Notes: generated by a model from the letters alone, not told the origin. A stretch of 64,000 bases of DNA from Alphaproteobacteria bacterium (GCA_965202835.1 CBDBCA010000002.1:1392427-1456426); one strand, 5' to 3'. Shown: positions 49,025-59,665, counted from the first letter of the stretch. Program-made: numbers and translations.

Positions 49025-50020
49025 CTATGCGTTCGCTCCCCAGGCGACGCCGAGATCCCTCAGCCACTTGCGGTAGGCGACGCAGTACTTGTCGGAGCGC
49101 ACGTGCAGCTCTTCCCGGAGGTCGAGCGGGATCTCATATGGCCGCTGGGTCTCGACGATGCGCTTGTCCTGCGCGAACACCCGGTCCTGGCGCGAGAGGA
49201 TCTGCGCCTCGGTCAACTCCTCGCCGAAATTGATCGCGACCTGGAGCCAGACGATGCAATCGTCGGGGGCCAGCGGGGTCACCGTGAGGAAGGTGCAGAA
49301 CCGGTTTCCCTCGCCCGTGTTCTTCGAGAAATAGGCGGTCAGCGGACGCGGACAGTGAAAGGTGTAACCGGCATTCACCGGAATGCCGCGATGATCGCCA
49401 TAGGGCTGGAAGACCATGATCTCGCTGGTGCGGATTCCGTCCTCGCCGACGAAGACGTCGAAATCCTCGATCGGGTCCGGCCTGTCGGGATCGCCGTTGA
49501 GATTGGCGTGGACATAGGGGAAGTGCGAGACGTCGAGGAAGTTCTCCACCGTGCGGAACGGGTTGGCGTGGAAGAAATAGGGACCGGCGAGAACCTTGCG
49601 GAACCCGTCGTCTTCCCATTCCGGAAACGGCGGCAGATCGTGCTCCGGCTCGCCCAGCGACGCCCAGATCATGCCGTAGGCCTCGCGCGCCCGGTAGGTG
49701 AAGGTCCGCGCCTTCGGCGGCGGGCGGATGTCGGGATGGGCCGGCATCAGTGTGCAGGCGCCGGTCCTGTCGTAGTGCCAGCCGTGATAGGGGCAGACGA
49801 TCTGTCCGTCCTTCACCCACCCGAGCGACAATTTGGATCCGCGATGGATGCAAAGGTCCTTCCAGGCGAGGACCTCGCCGCCGGTCCGCCACAGCACCAG
49901 GGTCTCGCCGAGGAGGCTGGCTTCCATCACGCCGCCTTCGGCGAGGTCGCTCGAACGCGCGACCACGTACCAGTCGTTGCGGATTACCGGGTCGTCGATC
50001 GTGGCTGCGGGTTCCGTCAT
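49025..50020 (-). CDS. Rieske [2Fe-2S] non-haem-iron oxygenase (VanA/KshA-like)
   Basis: Rieske motif CIHRGSKLS...CPYHGW and a mononuclear-iron HxxxxH region. Start verified at MTEPAAT. It overlaps the upstream Mo-enzyme gene stop by 4 nt. Confidence 0.8.
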   Translation of the reverse strand: MTEPAATIDDPVIRNDWYVVARSSDLAEGGVMEASLLGETLVLWRTGGEVLAWKDLCIHRGSKLSLGWVKDGQIVCPYHGWHYDRTGACTLMPAHPDIRPPPKARTFTYRAREAYGMIWASLGEPEHDLPPFPEWEDDGFRKVLAGPYFFHANPFRTVENFLDVSHFPYVHANLNGDPDRPDPIEDFDVFVGEDGIRTSEIMVFQPYGDHRGIPVNAGYTFHCPRPLTAYFSKNTGEGNRFCTFLTVTPLAPDDCIVWLQVAINFGEELTEAQILSRQDRVFAQDKRIVETQRPYEIPLDLREELHVRSDKYCVAYRKWLRDLGVAWGANA

Positions 50021-52266
50021 GCCAGTTCCTTCGCCGCCAGCGCCTCCGGCACCTCGTCCGGCAGGTTGGCGCGCTTCATCTCGGGCGGGTCGGCCTTGTA
50101 GACCCTGCACAGCAGTCCCTTGAGCGGGCTCGAGCCGAGCGCCACGTCGCAATTGTCCGGATCGTCGTCGGTCAGCACGTTGGAGCACACCTCGAACACC
50201 CCGTATTCCGGGCCCGGCGCCTCCGGCAGCCACCAGCCATGCGGCACCGAAACGACCCTGGGGTGGGTGCGTTTGTGCGGGTTGGCCTTCATGCGGAGCC
50301 GTCCCCGCGCGGTCTCGATCCAGCAATAGTCGCCGCGCTCGATGCCGAGCTCCTTCGCCGTCTCGTCGTTGATCTCGACCAGCGGCTCGGGGCTGAGGCG
50401 GCGGAGCGAGCGGAGCTGCCGGCCCTGGCTGTGCCAGTACATCGGCTGCTTGGCGCCGGTATTGAGGATCAGCGGGTATTCTTCGTAGCGCTCCGGCGTG
50501 GAGACCGGGCTTTCCGGCGGCTCGACATGGTCGGGCAGCGGGTCGTAGCCCCATTCTTCCATGATCGTGGAGTAGATCTCGAACTTGCCGGTCGGCGTGC
50601 CGAAGCCCATGCGCTCGTACTTGCGGAACTCGATCGGGACCTTGATGTAGTCCTGCGACCTGAGCTGGTCCCAGCTGACTCCCATCGGCTTGAGCGCGTT
50701 CTCGGCGAAGACGTCGAGGCTCGGGAAATATTCCTCCAGGCCGAGCTTGCGGCCGAGTTCGATGACGAACTCCCAGTCCGACTTGCGTTCGCCGATATCG
50801 ACCACCTTCTGGGACACCGCATCCATGAAGGTGCCGCCGGGCCCCTTGATGTGGAGGTGGAGCCGGGGCTCGTCGCGTTCGAGATTGCCCGCCGCCGGCA
50901 GGACCACGTCGGCGAGCGCCGCGGTCGGCGTCATGAACAAGTCCTGGACGACGAAGAAATCGAGCTTCTTCAGCGCCTCGATGATCTGGCCCGAGTTGGG
51001 GAAGCAGGTGACGGTGTTGTTGCCTACCACGATGAACGTCTTCACCGGGTAGGGCTCGTCCGTCAGCATGGTGCGGAACAGGCTCGGCGGGTGCGCGTAG
51101 GCGTAGGGCGTCAGGTTGAGCGCCTTGAAGCGGTCGCCGCCAAGACGCTTGGCATCCTGTTCCGGCGGCAGCTTGTCCCACAGCTCCGGGTAGTCGAGCT
51201 TCGGCGCGGGCCAGAACACGTTGCCGCCCGGCACGTCGAGATTGCCGCTCAACGCCATCAGGATCAGCAGCGAGCGCGTCGCCTGGAAGGTGTTGTTGCC
51301 GAGCTGGTCGGTGCCGTTGCCCCAGACGATGCAGCCGGGTTTCGTGGTGGCGTAGATGCGTGCCGCGCGCGCGATCTCGTCGGCGTCGCACCAGGTGATC
51401 TCGGCCACCCGGTCGAGCGGGTATTCCTTGAGCCGCTCGCACAGTTCCTCGAAGCCGTGGCAGTACTTCTCGACGAACTCCTTGTCGTAGAGCCCCTCGT
51501 CGACCATCACCCGCATCCAGCCGAGCGCCATCGCCGCGTCGGTGCCGGGACGGAGCGGCAGCCAGATGTCGCCGCGCCCCGCCGATGCTGGCTTGCGGGG
51601 ATCGACCACGATGTTGACGTGCTCCTTCTTGAGCGCGTTGGTCATCGGCTTGTGGCCGATCAGCCCGTGGTCGTTGCTGGTGCGTTTCTGCGAGCCCCAT
51701 TCGACGATGCATTTGGGGTCGGAATAGAAATCGGGAACCGCGACGGTGTCCCACGACTTGCCGGTGTACTTGCCGGCGGCGGTGACCTTGCACACCGCGA
51801 CCCTCGGCCCGTAGCAGAAATAGCCGATGGAGATGACGTTGGGCGTGCCGAACAGATTGGCGAGGCGCGAGACGATATGGGTGTTGTTGACCCCGGTGCC
51901 GCGCCCGAAGGCGACGGCCTCCGCGCCATAGCGCTCCCTGGTCTCCTGCATCTTTTCGGCGATCAGGGTCAGCGCCTCGTCCCAGCTCGCCTCGCGCCAT
52001 TGCCCCGCGCCGCGTTCACCGGTGCGGATCAGCGGGTGGTCGAGCCGGTCGGGGTGGTAGAGCTGCTCGATCGAGGGCGTCCCCGCCTTCGAGCACAGGA
52101 GGCCCTCGTTGACCGGGTTATCGAAGTCGCCGAGCACCCGGCGGACGGTGCCGTTCACCTTCTCCACGATGGTGCCGCAGCCGCCATGGCACATGCGGCA
52201 GATCGCCTTGAAGCGCTCCACGAAGTCGCTGCCGACCCGCTCCGCCTCGTAGGTCCCCAGTCCCAT
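50017..52266 (-). CDS. molybdopterin-dependent (DMSO-reductase/MGD-family) oxidoreductase with an N-terminal 4Fe-4S motif
   Basis: N-terminal CRMCHGGCG...C cluster motif. 749 aa with MGD-binding domains. Confidence 0.7.
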   Translation of the reverse strand: MGLGTYEAERVGSDFVERFKAICRMCHGGCGTIVEKVNGTVRRVLGDFDNPVNEGLLCSKAGTPSIEQLYHPDRLDHPLIRTGERGAGQWREASWDEALTLIAEKMQETRERYGAEAVAFGRGTGVNNTHIVSRLANLFGTPNVISIGYFCYGPRVAVCKVTAAGKYTGKSWDTVAVPDFYSDPKCIVEWGSQKRTSNDHGLIGHKPMTNALKKEHVNIVVDPRKPASAGRGDIWLPLRPGTDAAMALGWMRVMVDEGLYDKEFVEKYCHGFEELCERLKEYPLDRVAEITWCDADEIARAARIYATTKPGCIVWGNGTDQLGNNTFQATRSLLILMALSGNLDVPGGNVFWPAPKLDYPELWDKLPPEQDAKRLGGDRFKALNLTPYAYAHPPSLFRTMLTDEPYPVKTFIVVGNNTVTCFPNSGQIIEALKKLDFFVVQDLFMTPTAALADVVLPAAGNLERDEPRLHLHIKGPGGTFMDAVSQKVVDIGERKSDWEFVIELGRKLGLEEYFPSLDVFAENALKPMGVSWDQLRSQDYIKVPIEFRKYERMGFGTPTGKFEIYSTIMEEWGYDPLPDHVEPPESPVSTPERYEEYPLILNTGAKQPMYWHSQGRQLRSLRRLSPEPLVEINDETAKELGIERGDYCWIETARGRLRMKANPHKRTHPRVVSVPHGWWLPEAPGPEYGVFEVCSNVLTDDDPDNCDVALGSSPLKGLLCRVYKADPPEMKRANLPDEVPEALAAKELA

Positions 52267-52422
52267 TCCCGTCCTCCCCCGACAGGGCCCGGATGATCCA
52301 TCAACTGGCGATGGCGATCAAGGCGAACGCACCGTCACTCCTCGGCATTTCGACCGGGCCGAGCAAGAGAAGAAATCTGCCACGCCGCGCGTCTTCGCTC
52401 GATGCGGCGAAGAGCGACCTCC

Positions 52423-54108
52423 TCACGCCACCCATTCGCTGACCGGGGCGCGGGCTTCTTCCAGCGGCTGGCAAACCACGTCGACGAGACTCGGCCCGCG
52501 ATGCGCGATGGCGGCTTCGAGGGCGGGGGCGAGGTCCCGGGGATCGGCAACCGACCACGAGCGCACCCCGTAGGCGGAGGCGATCCGGGCATGGTCGCTG
52601 CGCGAGAAATCGACCGCATGATAGCGCCCGGCATAACCGGTCTTCTGGCCGGCCTTGATCCATCCGAAGGCGGAATTCGAGATCACGACGAAGGTGACGG
52701 GGAGGCCGAGGCGAACCACCGTCTCGAGCTCGCCGGCGGCGAAGGCGAAGCTGCCGTCGCCCATCACCGCGACGCACTTGGCGTCGGGCCGCGCGAAATG
52801 GGCTCCCACCGCGGCGGGCATCGCATAGCCGAGCGCCCCGTGCGCCCGGTTGGAAATGAACCGCCGCCCCGGCCTGTCCAGCACCAGATAGGCCGAGAGA
52901 TAGGGGCACGGCGTCCCCGGATCGGCGATCACCACGGCGTCTTCGGGAAGCGCCTTCTGCAAATCCGCGACAAGGCGTTCCGGGCGGATGGGCGTCTCGC
53001 CGGATGTGGCGAGCGCGTGGAAGGCGGCGAATTTCCGTTTCTTCTGCGTCGCCACGAAGCCGGGGTCGATCCGTCCCGGCGCAGCCCCGTCGAGCGCATC
53101 GGCGAGCGCTTCGAGCGCGAGCCGCGCGTCGCTTTCGACCGCCACCTCGGTCGGGTAGTTGGCGCCGGGCACGCGGGCGTCGATGTCGATGTGAACGATC
53201 CTCGCCGCTCTCGGCCGGGGAAACCGCCAGCGCTCCGTGGTGACCGAACCGGCCCGGCAACCGACGAAGACGACGAGATCGGCGGCTTCGACCACCGCCC
53301 GGGTCTCCGGCGTGCCGCCGTTGCTGCCGACCACCCCGACGGCGAGCTCGTGGGTCTCGGCGATGCTCCCCTTGCCGCTGATGGTGGTGGCGACCGGGGC
53401 GCCGATCTTCTCCGCGAGGCGCAGCAGCGCAGCCTCCGCGCCCGCCGTCATCACCCCGCCGCCGCAGATCAAGAGGGGCGCCGAAGCGCTCGCGACGGCG
53501 TCCGCCGCGGCGCGGACGGCTTCGGGGTCCGGCGCCGCCGGGGGCACGGCTTCTGGGCCCTCCGGAACGTCCTCCTCGTCCACCGCATCGCGCTGAACGT
53601 CGAAGGGAAGCCCGATATGCGCCGCGCCCGGCCGCCCCGCCGTGATCGCCGAGAAGGCGGCGTGCATCGTCCCGGGAATGTCGGCCGCGCGGTCGATCAC
53701 CGCGTTCCACTTGGTCGCCGGGCGGAACAGCGCTTCCTGGTCGATCTCGGTCAGGGTGAACCGGCCGCGCGAGGAGACCGATATGTCGGAGGTAATCGCC
53801 AGCAGCGGCACCGAGGACTCGTTGGCCTCGACCACGCCGGGAAGGATATAGGTCGCGCCGCCGCCAGACGGCCCCTCGCAGATCCCAACGCGGCCGCTCA
53901 GCCGGGCATAGGCGTCCGCCATGTAGGAGGCGGAGCGCTCGTCCCGGGTGAGCACATGGGCGATCCCGTGATCGAGCCTCGCCAGCGCGTCATAGAGCGG
54001 CAGGCTGGTATCGCCGCAGAGCCCGAATACGACCTCGACGCCGTACCCCTGAAGAATCCGGACGACCGCCTCGGCTCCGGTGACCGCATTGCCGCGCTCA
54101 GCGCTCAT
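52423..54108 (-). CDS. thiamine-pyrophosphate-dependent enzyme (acetolactate synthase / benzoylformate decarboxylase-like)
   Basis: TPP-binding GDGS(F/A) motif (VMGDGSFAFAA) and the N-terminal PYR domain. The ORF-track 59-aa extension is excluded. Confidence 0.75.
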   Translation of the reverse strand: MSAERGNAVTGAEAVVRILQGYGVEVVFGLCGDTSLPLYDALARLDHGIAHVLTRDERSASYMADAYARLSGRVGICEGPSGGGATYILPGVVEANESSVPLLAITSDISVSSRGRFTLTEIDQEALFRPATKWNAVIDRAADIPGTMHAAFSAITAGRPGAAHIGLPFDVQRDAVDEEDVPEGPEAVPPAAPDPEAVRAAADAVASASAPLLICGGGVMTAGAEAALLRLAEKIGAPVATTISGKGSIAETHELAVGVVGSNGGTPETRAVVEAADLVVFVGCRAGSVTTERWRFPRPRAARIVHIDIDARVPGANYPTEVAVESDARLALEALADALDGAAPGRIDPGFVATQKKRKFAAFHALATSGETPIRPERLVADLQKALPEDAVVIADPGTPCPYLSAYLVLDRPGRRFISNRAHGALGYAMPAAVGAHFARPDAKCVAVMGDGSFAFAAGELETVVRLGLPVTFVVISNSAFGWIKAGQKTGYAGRYHAVDFSRSDHARIASAYGVRSWSVADPRDLAPALEAAIAHRGPSLVDVVCQPLEEARAPVSEWVA

Positions 54109-54802
54109 TGGCCATCCAGACCGCCTCCACCTCGGCGACGCTCGCGAGCTCGCCGAAATAGCGGTCGATATTGCGGAGCGTCGCTTCGTGGTCCTCCCGA
54201 GCGTAGGTCGCCGTCCCGTCGGTGGTGAAGACGACGTAGTAGTCGTGCATGAACGCGTCGCGCGCCGAGGTCTCGACGCAGACATTGGTGGCGACCCCGG
54301 TGAACACGGTCGTGCGGATCCCGTTGGCGCGGAGGATGGTGTCGAGATCGGTGTTGCGGAAGGCGTTGAAGCGATGCTTGCTGACGACGGGATCGCGCGG
54401 CCCGGGGCGCACGTCGCCGTAAAAATCGCCCTCCCACGAGTCCGCCTTGCACACCTCGCGCCTCGTGTAGCTTCCCTCGCGCTTGCGCGACGCCTGCTCG
54501 AGCCAGGTGTCGGACAGGTAGAAATTGTGCTCGGACGAGTAGACGTTGCGCACGAAGACGACCAGCACGCCGGCCGCGCGCGCCGCCGAGATCAGCGGCG
54601 GCAGGCGGTCCGCCATCGCCTGCGCGTCGCTCAGGTCGAATCCCTCCTGGTCCATCATTCCGCCCGGCGCGCAGAAATCGTTCTGCACGTCGATCACGAT
54701 GAGCGCCGTGTGGCCGGGCTCGATCTTGTTCGCGAGTCCGCGGAGCGGCGCCACATGGGAAATATTCGAAGCGACCGCGAAATCGTCGGTTTGGGACGCC
54801 AT
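54098..54802 (-). CDS. isochorismatase-family cysteine hydrolase
   Basis: ALIVIDVQNDF and the catalytic Cys (ATNVCVETSARDA). Confidence 0.75.
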   Translation of the reverse strand: MASQTDDFAVASNISHVAPLRGLANKIEPGHTALIVIDVQNDFCAPGGMMDQEGFDLSDAQAMADRLPPLISAARAAGVLVVFVRNVYSSEHNFYLSDTWLEQASRKREGSYTRREVCKADSWEGDFYGDVRPGPRDPVVSKHRFNAFRNTDLDTILRANGIRTTVFTGVATNVCVETSARDAFMHDYYVVFTTDGTATYAREDHEATLRNIDRYFGELASVAEVEAVWMANER

Positions 54803-54863
54803 GGCGTTTCTCCCGTGGCCGTCATGATCCAATATGCCCGCAGAATGACAGGGAGACGCCCCG

Positions 54864-56558
54864 ATGGCCAAGCCGCGAATAGCCCACCTCGCCGGCCCCA
54901 ACGCGACGATCCAGAACACCCCGCCGCTGGTGACATCGAACAAGGCGCGGGAGCGGCACGGCCTGCCCCTGCTGACCGACGGGGACGGCGCGCCGGTCCG
55001 TTTCGATGCGCTCAGGACCCAGCGCCTCGCCGCCCCGGCGACGGTCTATGTGGAGCAGTTCTCGGCCCATCCGCTGGAACGCGACACGTCGGAGCTATAC
55101 GCCCCGCCGGACGGCTATATCGACGCCGCGGGCGAATTCAGCGAGCAGTGCCGGAAGTCGGACGACAAGCCGGTCTACCGGATCGAACTCAAGCCGGAGG
55201 ACGGGCTCTATCCCCTGCCCTACATGGCGCGCCAGGCCGACGGCAGCGCCTGGGAAGACGATGCCACCCATCCAGGAGCGCCGGCCGAACGAAGCCGTCA
55301 GGCCTATTTCCCGGACGGCTCACGCCTGTTCGAGGAAGTCGACCGGCTGGGCGTCTCGATGGCCGGCCACGGCAGCATGATCTCGTCGCTCGCCGATGTC
55401 GATTTCCACCGTATCGTCCCTTCCGGCGGCTACACCAAGGGGCTGGCGGCGGACGAGCGCACCGATATGGGCGAGGGCGACATTCCGCCGGAGGTCCTGG
55501 GGCGCGACTTCTTCCCCTACCGGCCGACCCATCTCGCCTCGGCCCCGCCGCGCCCGGCACTCGCGCAGATGGCCAACGCGTCGCAGCGCATCCTCGCGAG
55601 CGGGGACTATATCGGCGCGATCTGGAGCCAAGGCAGCCCGCGCATCGAAGAGACGATCTACTGGCTGCAGCTCCTCCTCGATACCACGCTGCCGGTCTGC
55701 GGCAACGCGGCGCAGCGGACGATGGGAGAGATTTCGAATGACGGGCCCAAGAACCTGCACGATTCGGTCCAGTACCTGACCTCGCGGGTCTGGGCCGGCG
55801 CGGACGGGCGCAACCGCGCCGGCATGGTGCTGATCCAGGAGCAGCAGATCTTCTCCGCCCGCGACGTGCAGAAGGGCGACGCGAGGCCGGGCGGCTACGT
55901 GACCACCGGCGGGCATGGCGGCATCCTGGGTGGCATCCCGCACGATGCGCCGCCTGTGCTGACCTATCTGCCGAGCGTCCGCCACAGCTACGACTCGGCG
56001 GTGAACCTGACGCGCCTGCCCGACGAGGTCGAGGGCACCCTGGTCCGCGACGGGAGACGGGAAGCCGTGGCGGTCGCGGTCAAGGACCGGGACGGCCGCT
56101 TGCGGGGCGAGGCCGTCCCCAGGGTCTCCATCGTCAAGGACGGGAACTACCACGCGGACAGGGCGAACGCCGCTCCCGAGGACGAGGCCGACCTCAACGC
56201 GGCGATGGCCGACCACCTCGCGAACGCGCCGCTCGCCGGTTTCGTCGTCGAAGGCCAGTCGCCCTATGGCTCGATGACCGCGCCCGCCCGCCACCGGCTG
56301 ATGCAGCGCGCGGCGTTCAGCGGCATGCCGGTCGCCCGGGTGGGGCGCGGCAACAATGACGGGTTCACCGCGGGCACCGACGTCTTCATCGGCGGCGGCA
56401 ATCTCACCGCGACGAAGGCGCGGCTGCTGCTGATCGCCTGCATGATGAAATTCGGCGCGATGCCGGCGGCGGCGGACCCGGACTCGCCGACGGCGGGCGA
56501 GCGCGACGCCCTCGCGGCCAGGGTCGCGGAATACCAGGAGGTCTTCGGCAGCCACTGA
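54864..56558 (+). CDS. asparaginase-domain-containing protein (atypical, 564 aa)
   Basis: The C-terminal region resembles the asparaginase C-domain (GFVVEGQSPYG...MPVARVGRGNNDG...KARLLLIACMM). The N-terminal part is uncharacterised. Confidence 0.45.
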   Translation: MAKPRIAHLAGPNATIQNTPPLVTSNKARERHGLPLLTDGDGAPVRFDALRTQRLAAPATVYVEQFSAHPLERDTSELYAPPDGYIDAAGEFSEQCRKSDDKPVYRIELKPEDGLYPLPYMARQADGSAWEDDATHPGAPAERSRQAYFPDGSRLFEEVDRLGVSMAGHGSMISSLADVDFHRIVPSGGYTKGLAADERTDMGEGDIPPEVLGRDFFPYRPTHLASAPPRPALAQMANASQRILASGDYIGAIWSQGSPRIEETIYWLQLLLDTTLPVCGNAAQRTMGEISNDGPKNLHDSVQYLTSRVWAGADGRNRAGMVLIQEQQIFSARDVQKGDARPGGYVTTGGHGGILGGIPHDAPPVLTYLPSVRHSYDSAVNLTRLPDEVEGTLVRDGRREAVAVAVKDRDGRLRGEAVPRVSIVKDGNYHADRANAAPEDEADLNAAMADHLANAPLAGFVVEGQSPYGSMTAPARHRLMQRAAFSGMPVARVGRGNNDGFTAGTDVFIGGGNLTATKARLLLIACMMKFGAMPAAADPDSPTAGERDALAARVAEYQEVFGSH

Positions 56559-56565
56559 GGCGGGG

Positions 56566-57765
56566 CTACTCCGCGGCGATGGCGCCCCGTTCGGCCAGCG
56601 GTCCGAAGCCGGTGCTCCTGGTGCCGAGATCCGCGATCCGGGGCAGCACTTCCTTCGCCAGCAGGGTCATGCTTTTGGCGGTCGTCTTGAAGTCCATGTC
56701 GCCCGAATGGAGCATCGCGATCAGGTGGCCGAACCCGCCCACCTTGTCGTAGAGCGAGCGGATCTGCCGGACGACGGAATCGGGCGTGCCGTAGATCGCG
56801 ACGTGGTTCTCGCGGAAATAGGAGACGCCCTTCTTGCGGATCGCGTCGGTCCGCCCGCCTGAGTAGCGGCCGCTCAGGAAGTCGGCGTAAAGCTTGCGGC
56901 TGTTGTAGCCGGGCGGCGCGCGGAATTGCGGCTCCGACTTGTTGTGGGTGACGTACCAGAACACTCCCTCGATGACCTTCTCGGCCTCGGCTTCCGTCTC
57001 GCCGACCGCGACCAGCGGCATGAAGGCGAACTGGTCGTCGGCGGGCTCGGGCAGCCCCTCGTCGCGGCAGTATTGGCGCACGCCCTTGAACATCTTCGCG
57101 AGCCCGTCGACCGGGGTGAGGAACATCGCGAAGTTGTGTCCGCGTTCGACGGTCTTGCAGGCATGCGCGAGGTCGCTGCCGCCGGTTGTCCAGACTGGCG
57201 GGTGCGGCTGCTGGTAGGGGCGCGGCCAGACATTCACCTGGCGCTTGTGGATCCACTTTCCCTCGTAGTTGAACGGCCCGTCATGGCTGGTCCACGCGCG
57301 AATGCAGAGGTCGATGGTTTCCCACAGCCGTTCCTGGGTCTCGGTCGGGTTGGCGTTGGACGCGAAAAGCTCGTAGGGAACGCCGCGCACGAACCCGCAA
57401 TCGAGCCTGCCGTAGGAGATGTTGTCGATCATCGCCATCTCTTCGGCGCAGCGGATCGGATCGGCGAGGTTGGCCGCCGGGTTGCCGAGGATGCAGAGCC
57501 GCGCGTTCCGGGTCTGGCGGGCGAGGATGGCGAGCGAGATCGGACCGGCGGCGTTCAGGCAGGTCGCGGTCTGGTGGTGCTCGTTGATCATGCAGTGGAG
57601 GCCGAGCTCGTCCGCCAGCAGGTACTGGTCGAGATACATGTTGTAGAGATCGGCCCCGATCTTCGGGTCGTAGTGCCTGCTGGGCAGGCTTAACCGCATC
57701 GAGGTGAAGGAATCGTCGGGCGGCAGATGAGGCCAGGGAAATTCGGTGAAGTGGTAGAGTTCCAT
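56566..57765 (-). CDS. LLM-class flavin-dependent oxidoreductase
   Basis: 399 aa from MELYHFTEFPW. The ORF-track 168-aa upstream extension is excluded. Confidence 0.7.
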   Translation of the reverse strand: MELYHFTEFPWPHLPPDDSFTSMRLSLPSRHYDPKIGADLYNMYLDQYLLADELGLHCMINEHHQTATCLNAAGPISLAILARQTRNARLCILGNPAANLADPIRCAEEMAMIDNISYGRLDCGFVRGVPYELFASNANPTETQERLWETIDLCIRAWTSHDGPFNYEGKWIHKRQVNVWPRPYQQPHPPVWTTGGSDLAHACKTVERGHNFAMFLTPVDGLAKMFKGVRQYCRDEGLPEPADDQFAFMPLVAVGETEAEAEKVIEGVFWYVTHNKSEPQFRAPPGYNSRKLYADFLSGRYSGGRTDAIRKKGVSYFRENHVAIYGTPDSVVRQIRSLYDKVGGFGHLIAMLHSGDMDFKTTAKSMTLLAKEVLPRIADLGTRSTGFGPLAERGAIAAE

Positions 57766-57773
57766 GCCGCTCC

Positions 57774-58589
57774 CTAACCCTCCCCGGCGTTCAGGAACGA
57801 AAACATCGCGTCCATGAAGGCGTCGGGCTGCTCGATATGGGGATAATGGCCGGCCCCGGCGATGCTGACAAACCGCGAATCCGGAATCCGCCCGGCATAG
57901 GCGCGGCCGTAATCGGGACGGACGAAACGATCCTCCTCCCCCCAGAGCACCAGCGTGGGAACGGCGATGCGGTGGAGCCGGCCCCTCAGCGCCGGGTTGT
58001 GAAAATAGGGATCCCAGCACAGCCTCGCCGTGGTCTCCCGGTGCCGGGCGACCTGCATCGCCTCGTCCTCGCCGAGCCCGATCATGTCGTCCAGCGGGTC
58101 GCGGCGCGGGTCGGCGAACCTGATCGCCTTCACCTCGTCGAACGAGAGGAAGTAGATGTCCTCGATGTCGCGGTCGTAGGTGCCGCCGAACTTCGCGCCG
58201 AGCGGATCCACGAGGACCAGCCTCGACAGCCGCTCGCAGGTCTTGGTCGCCATCTCGGCGGCGATCCAACCGCCCAGCGAACAGCCGACCAGCACGATGT
58301 CGCCAAGATCGTAATGCTCGATAAGGTCGAGAAAGATGTAGGAGACGTCGTCTATCGCACGCACGTTGTCGGGCAACGGCGAACCCCCGTAACCCGGCGC
58401 CCAGGGCAGAAATACTTCGCGGCTCCCGGCCAACCGGTCCATGATATCGAGCCCGGCTTCATAGACCTCGGCGCTTTGCAGAAGGACCAGCGGCGGTCCG
58501 CTCCCCATCCGCTCGACCTCGATCCGCGCGCCGGGCAGCTCGACCGTTTCCCGGTGCCTCTTCATCCTCGCTCCGCTCCACCGATACAA
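57774..58589 (-). CDS. alpha/beta-fold hydrolase
   Basis: GCSLGG nucleophile elbow. Start ambiguous (58589 or 58565). Confidence 0.7.
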   Translation of the reverse strand: MYRWSGARMKRHRETVELPGARIEVERMGSGPPLVLLQSAEVYEAGLDIMDRLAGSREVFLPWAPGYGGSPLPDNVRAIDDVSYIFLDLIEHYDLGDIVLVGCSLGGWIAAEMATKTCERLSRLVLVDPLGAKFGGTYDRDIEDIYFLSFDEVKAIRFADPRRDPLDDMIGLGEDEAMQVARHRETTARLCWDPYFHNPALRGRLHRIAVPTLVLWGEEDRFVRPDYGRAYAGRIPDSRFVSIAGAGHYPHIEQPDAFMDAMFSFLNAGEG

Positions 58590-58663
58590 CGCCGCGCCGG
58601 ACGGTTAGTATCGCCGCACGGCTAGCCGGGCAAGCCGCCGACGCGGCACATGGGAGAGAGCGG

Positions 58664-59659
58664 ATGAAGATCGATGTGTTCAATCACATCATGGCCGCCG
58701 ACGCGCTGGAAAAAATGGCCGCGTTCGTGCCGCCGCATTTCGTAAGAGTCCTGAGCGGGATTCCCACCATGCTCGACGTGGACGCCCGGCTTCGCCACAT
58801 CGAGCCGTTCGAGGACTACTGCCAGGTGCTGTCCGCCTCGAACCCGGTGATCGACGACTGGGTGGGACCCGAGGACACGCCAGCGCTTGCGCGCGCGATA
58901 AACCAAGGCATGGCGGGAATCTGCGCCACCCATCCGGACCGCTTCCCGGGCTGGATCGCGACGCTGCCGATGAACAACCCCGACGAGGCGCTGAAGGAGA
59001 TCGACCGCGCGGTACGGGACGGCGGCGCCTGCGGTATCCAGATCTACTCGAATGTCAGGGGCAAGCCGCTCGACCGGCCGGAATTCCAGCCGATCTTCGC
59101 GCGCATGGACGAACTCGCCAAGCCGATCTGGCTGCACCCGATCCGCCCGATGACGCATGCCGATTACGCGACCGAGGAGACCTCGCAGTTCGACATCTGG
59201 TGGGCCCTGGGGTGGGCATACGAGACATCGGCCGCGATGGCCCGGATCGTGTTCTCGGGCGTGTTCGAGCGTCACCCGAACCTCAAGATCGTTGCCCATC
59301 ACTGGGGCGCCTACATCCCCCACGCCGACGGCAGGATGGAACCGAACTGGAGCGATGGCGTGATGATCGCGGGAGACAAGGGGCCGCTGTGGAAGAACGC
59401 GCGCTCGCTGCGCGACAGCTTCAGGCTGTTCTACGGCGACACCGCGATGTTCGGCGGGCAGGCGGCGAGCCAGTGCGGGCTCGCATTCTTCGGCGCCGAG
59501 CATTCGGTGTTCGCCACCGACTACCCGTTCGACAAGGAAGCCGGGATGCTCAACCTCAAGGGCACGATCGACGTGATCGAGTCGCTGGACTGCAGCGACG
59601 CGGACCGGCGCCAGATCTACGAGCTCGGCCCGCGCATGCTGCTCGGAGAGGACGGATAG
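58664..59659 (+). CDS. amidohydrolase-2 family protein (ACMSD-like metal-dependent decarboxylase/hydrolase)
   Basis: N-terminal MKIDVFNH, plus His/Asp metal ligands (HHWGAY, ATDYPF). Confidence 0.65.
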   Translation: MKIDVFNHIMAADALEKMAAFVPPHFVRVLSGIPTMLDVDARLRHIEPFEDYCQVLSASNPVIDDWVGPEDTPALARAINQGMAGICATHPDRFPGWIATLPMNNPDEALKEIDRAVRDGGACGIQIYSNVRGKPLDRPEFQPIFARMDELAKPIWLHPIRPMTHADYATEETSQFDIWWALGWAYETSAAMARIVFSGVFERHPNLKIVAHHWGAYIPHADGRMEPNWSDGVMIAGDKGPLWKNARSLRDSFRLFYGDTAMFGGQAASQCGLAFFGAEHSVFATDYPFDKEAGMLNLKGTIDVIESLDCSDADRRQIYELGPRMLLGEDG

Positions 59660-59665
59660 GCCGGA

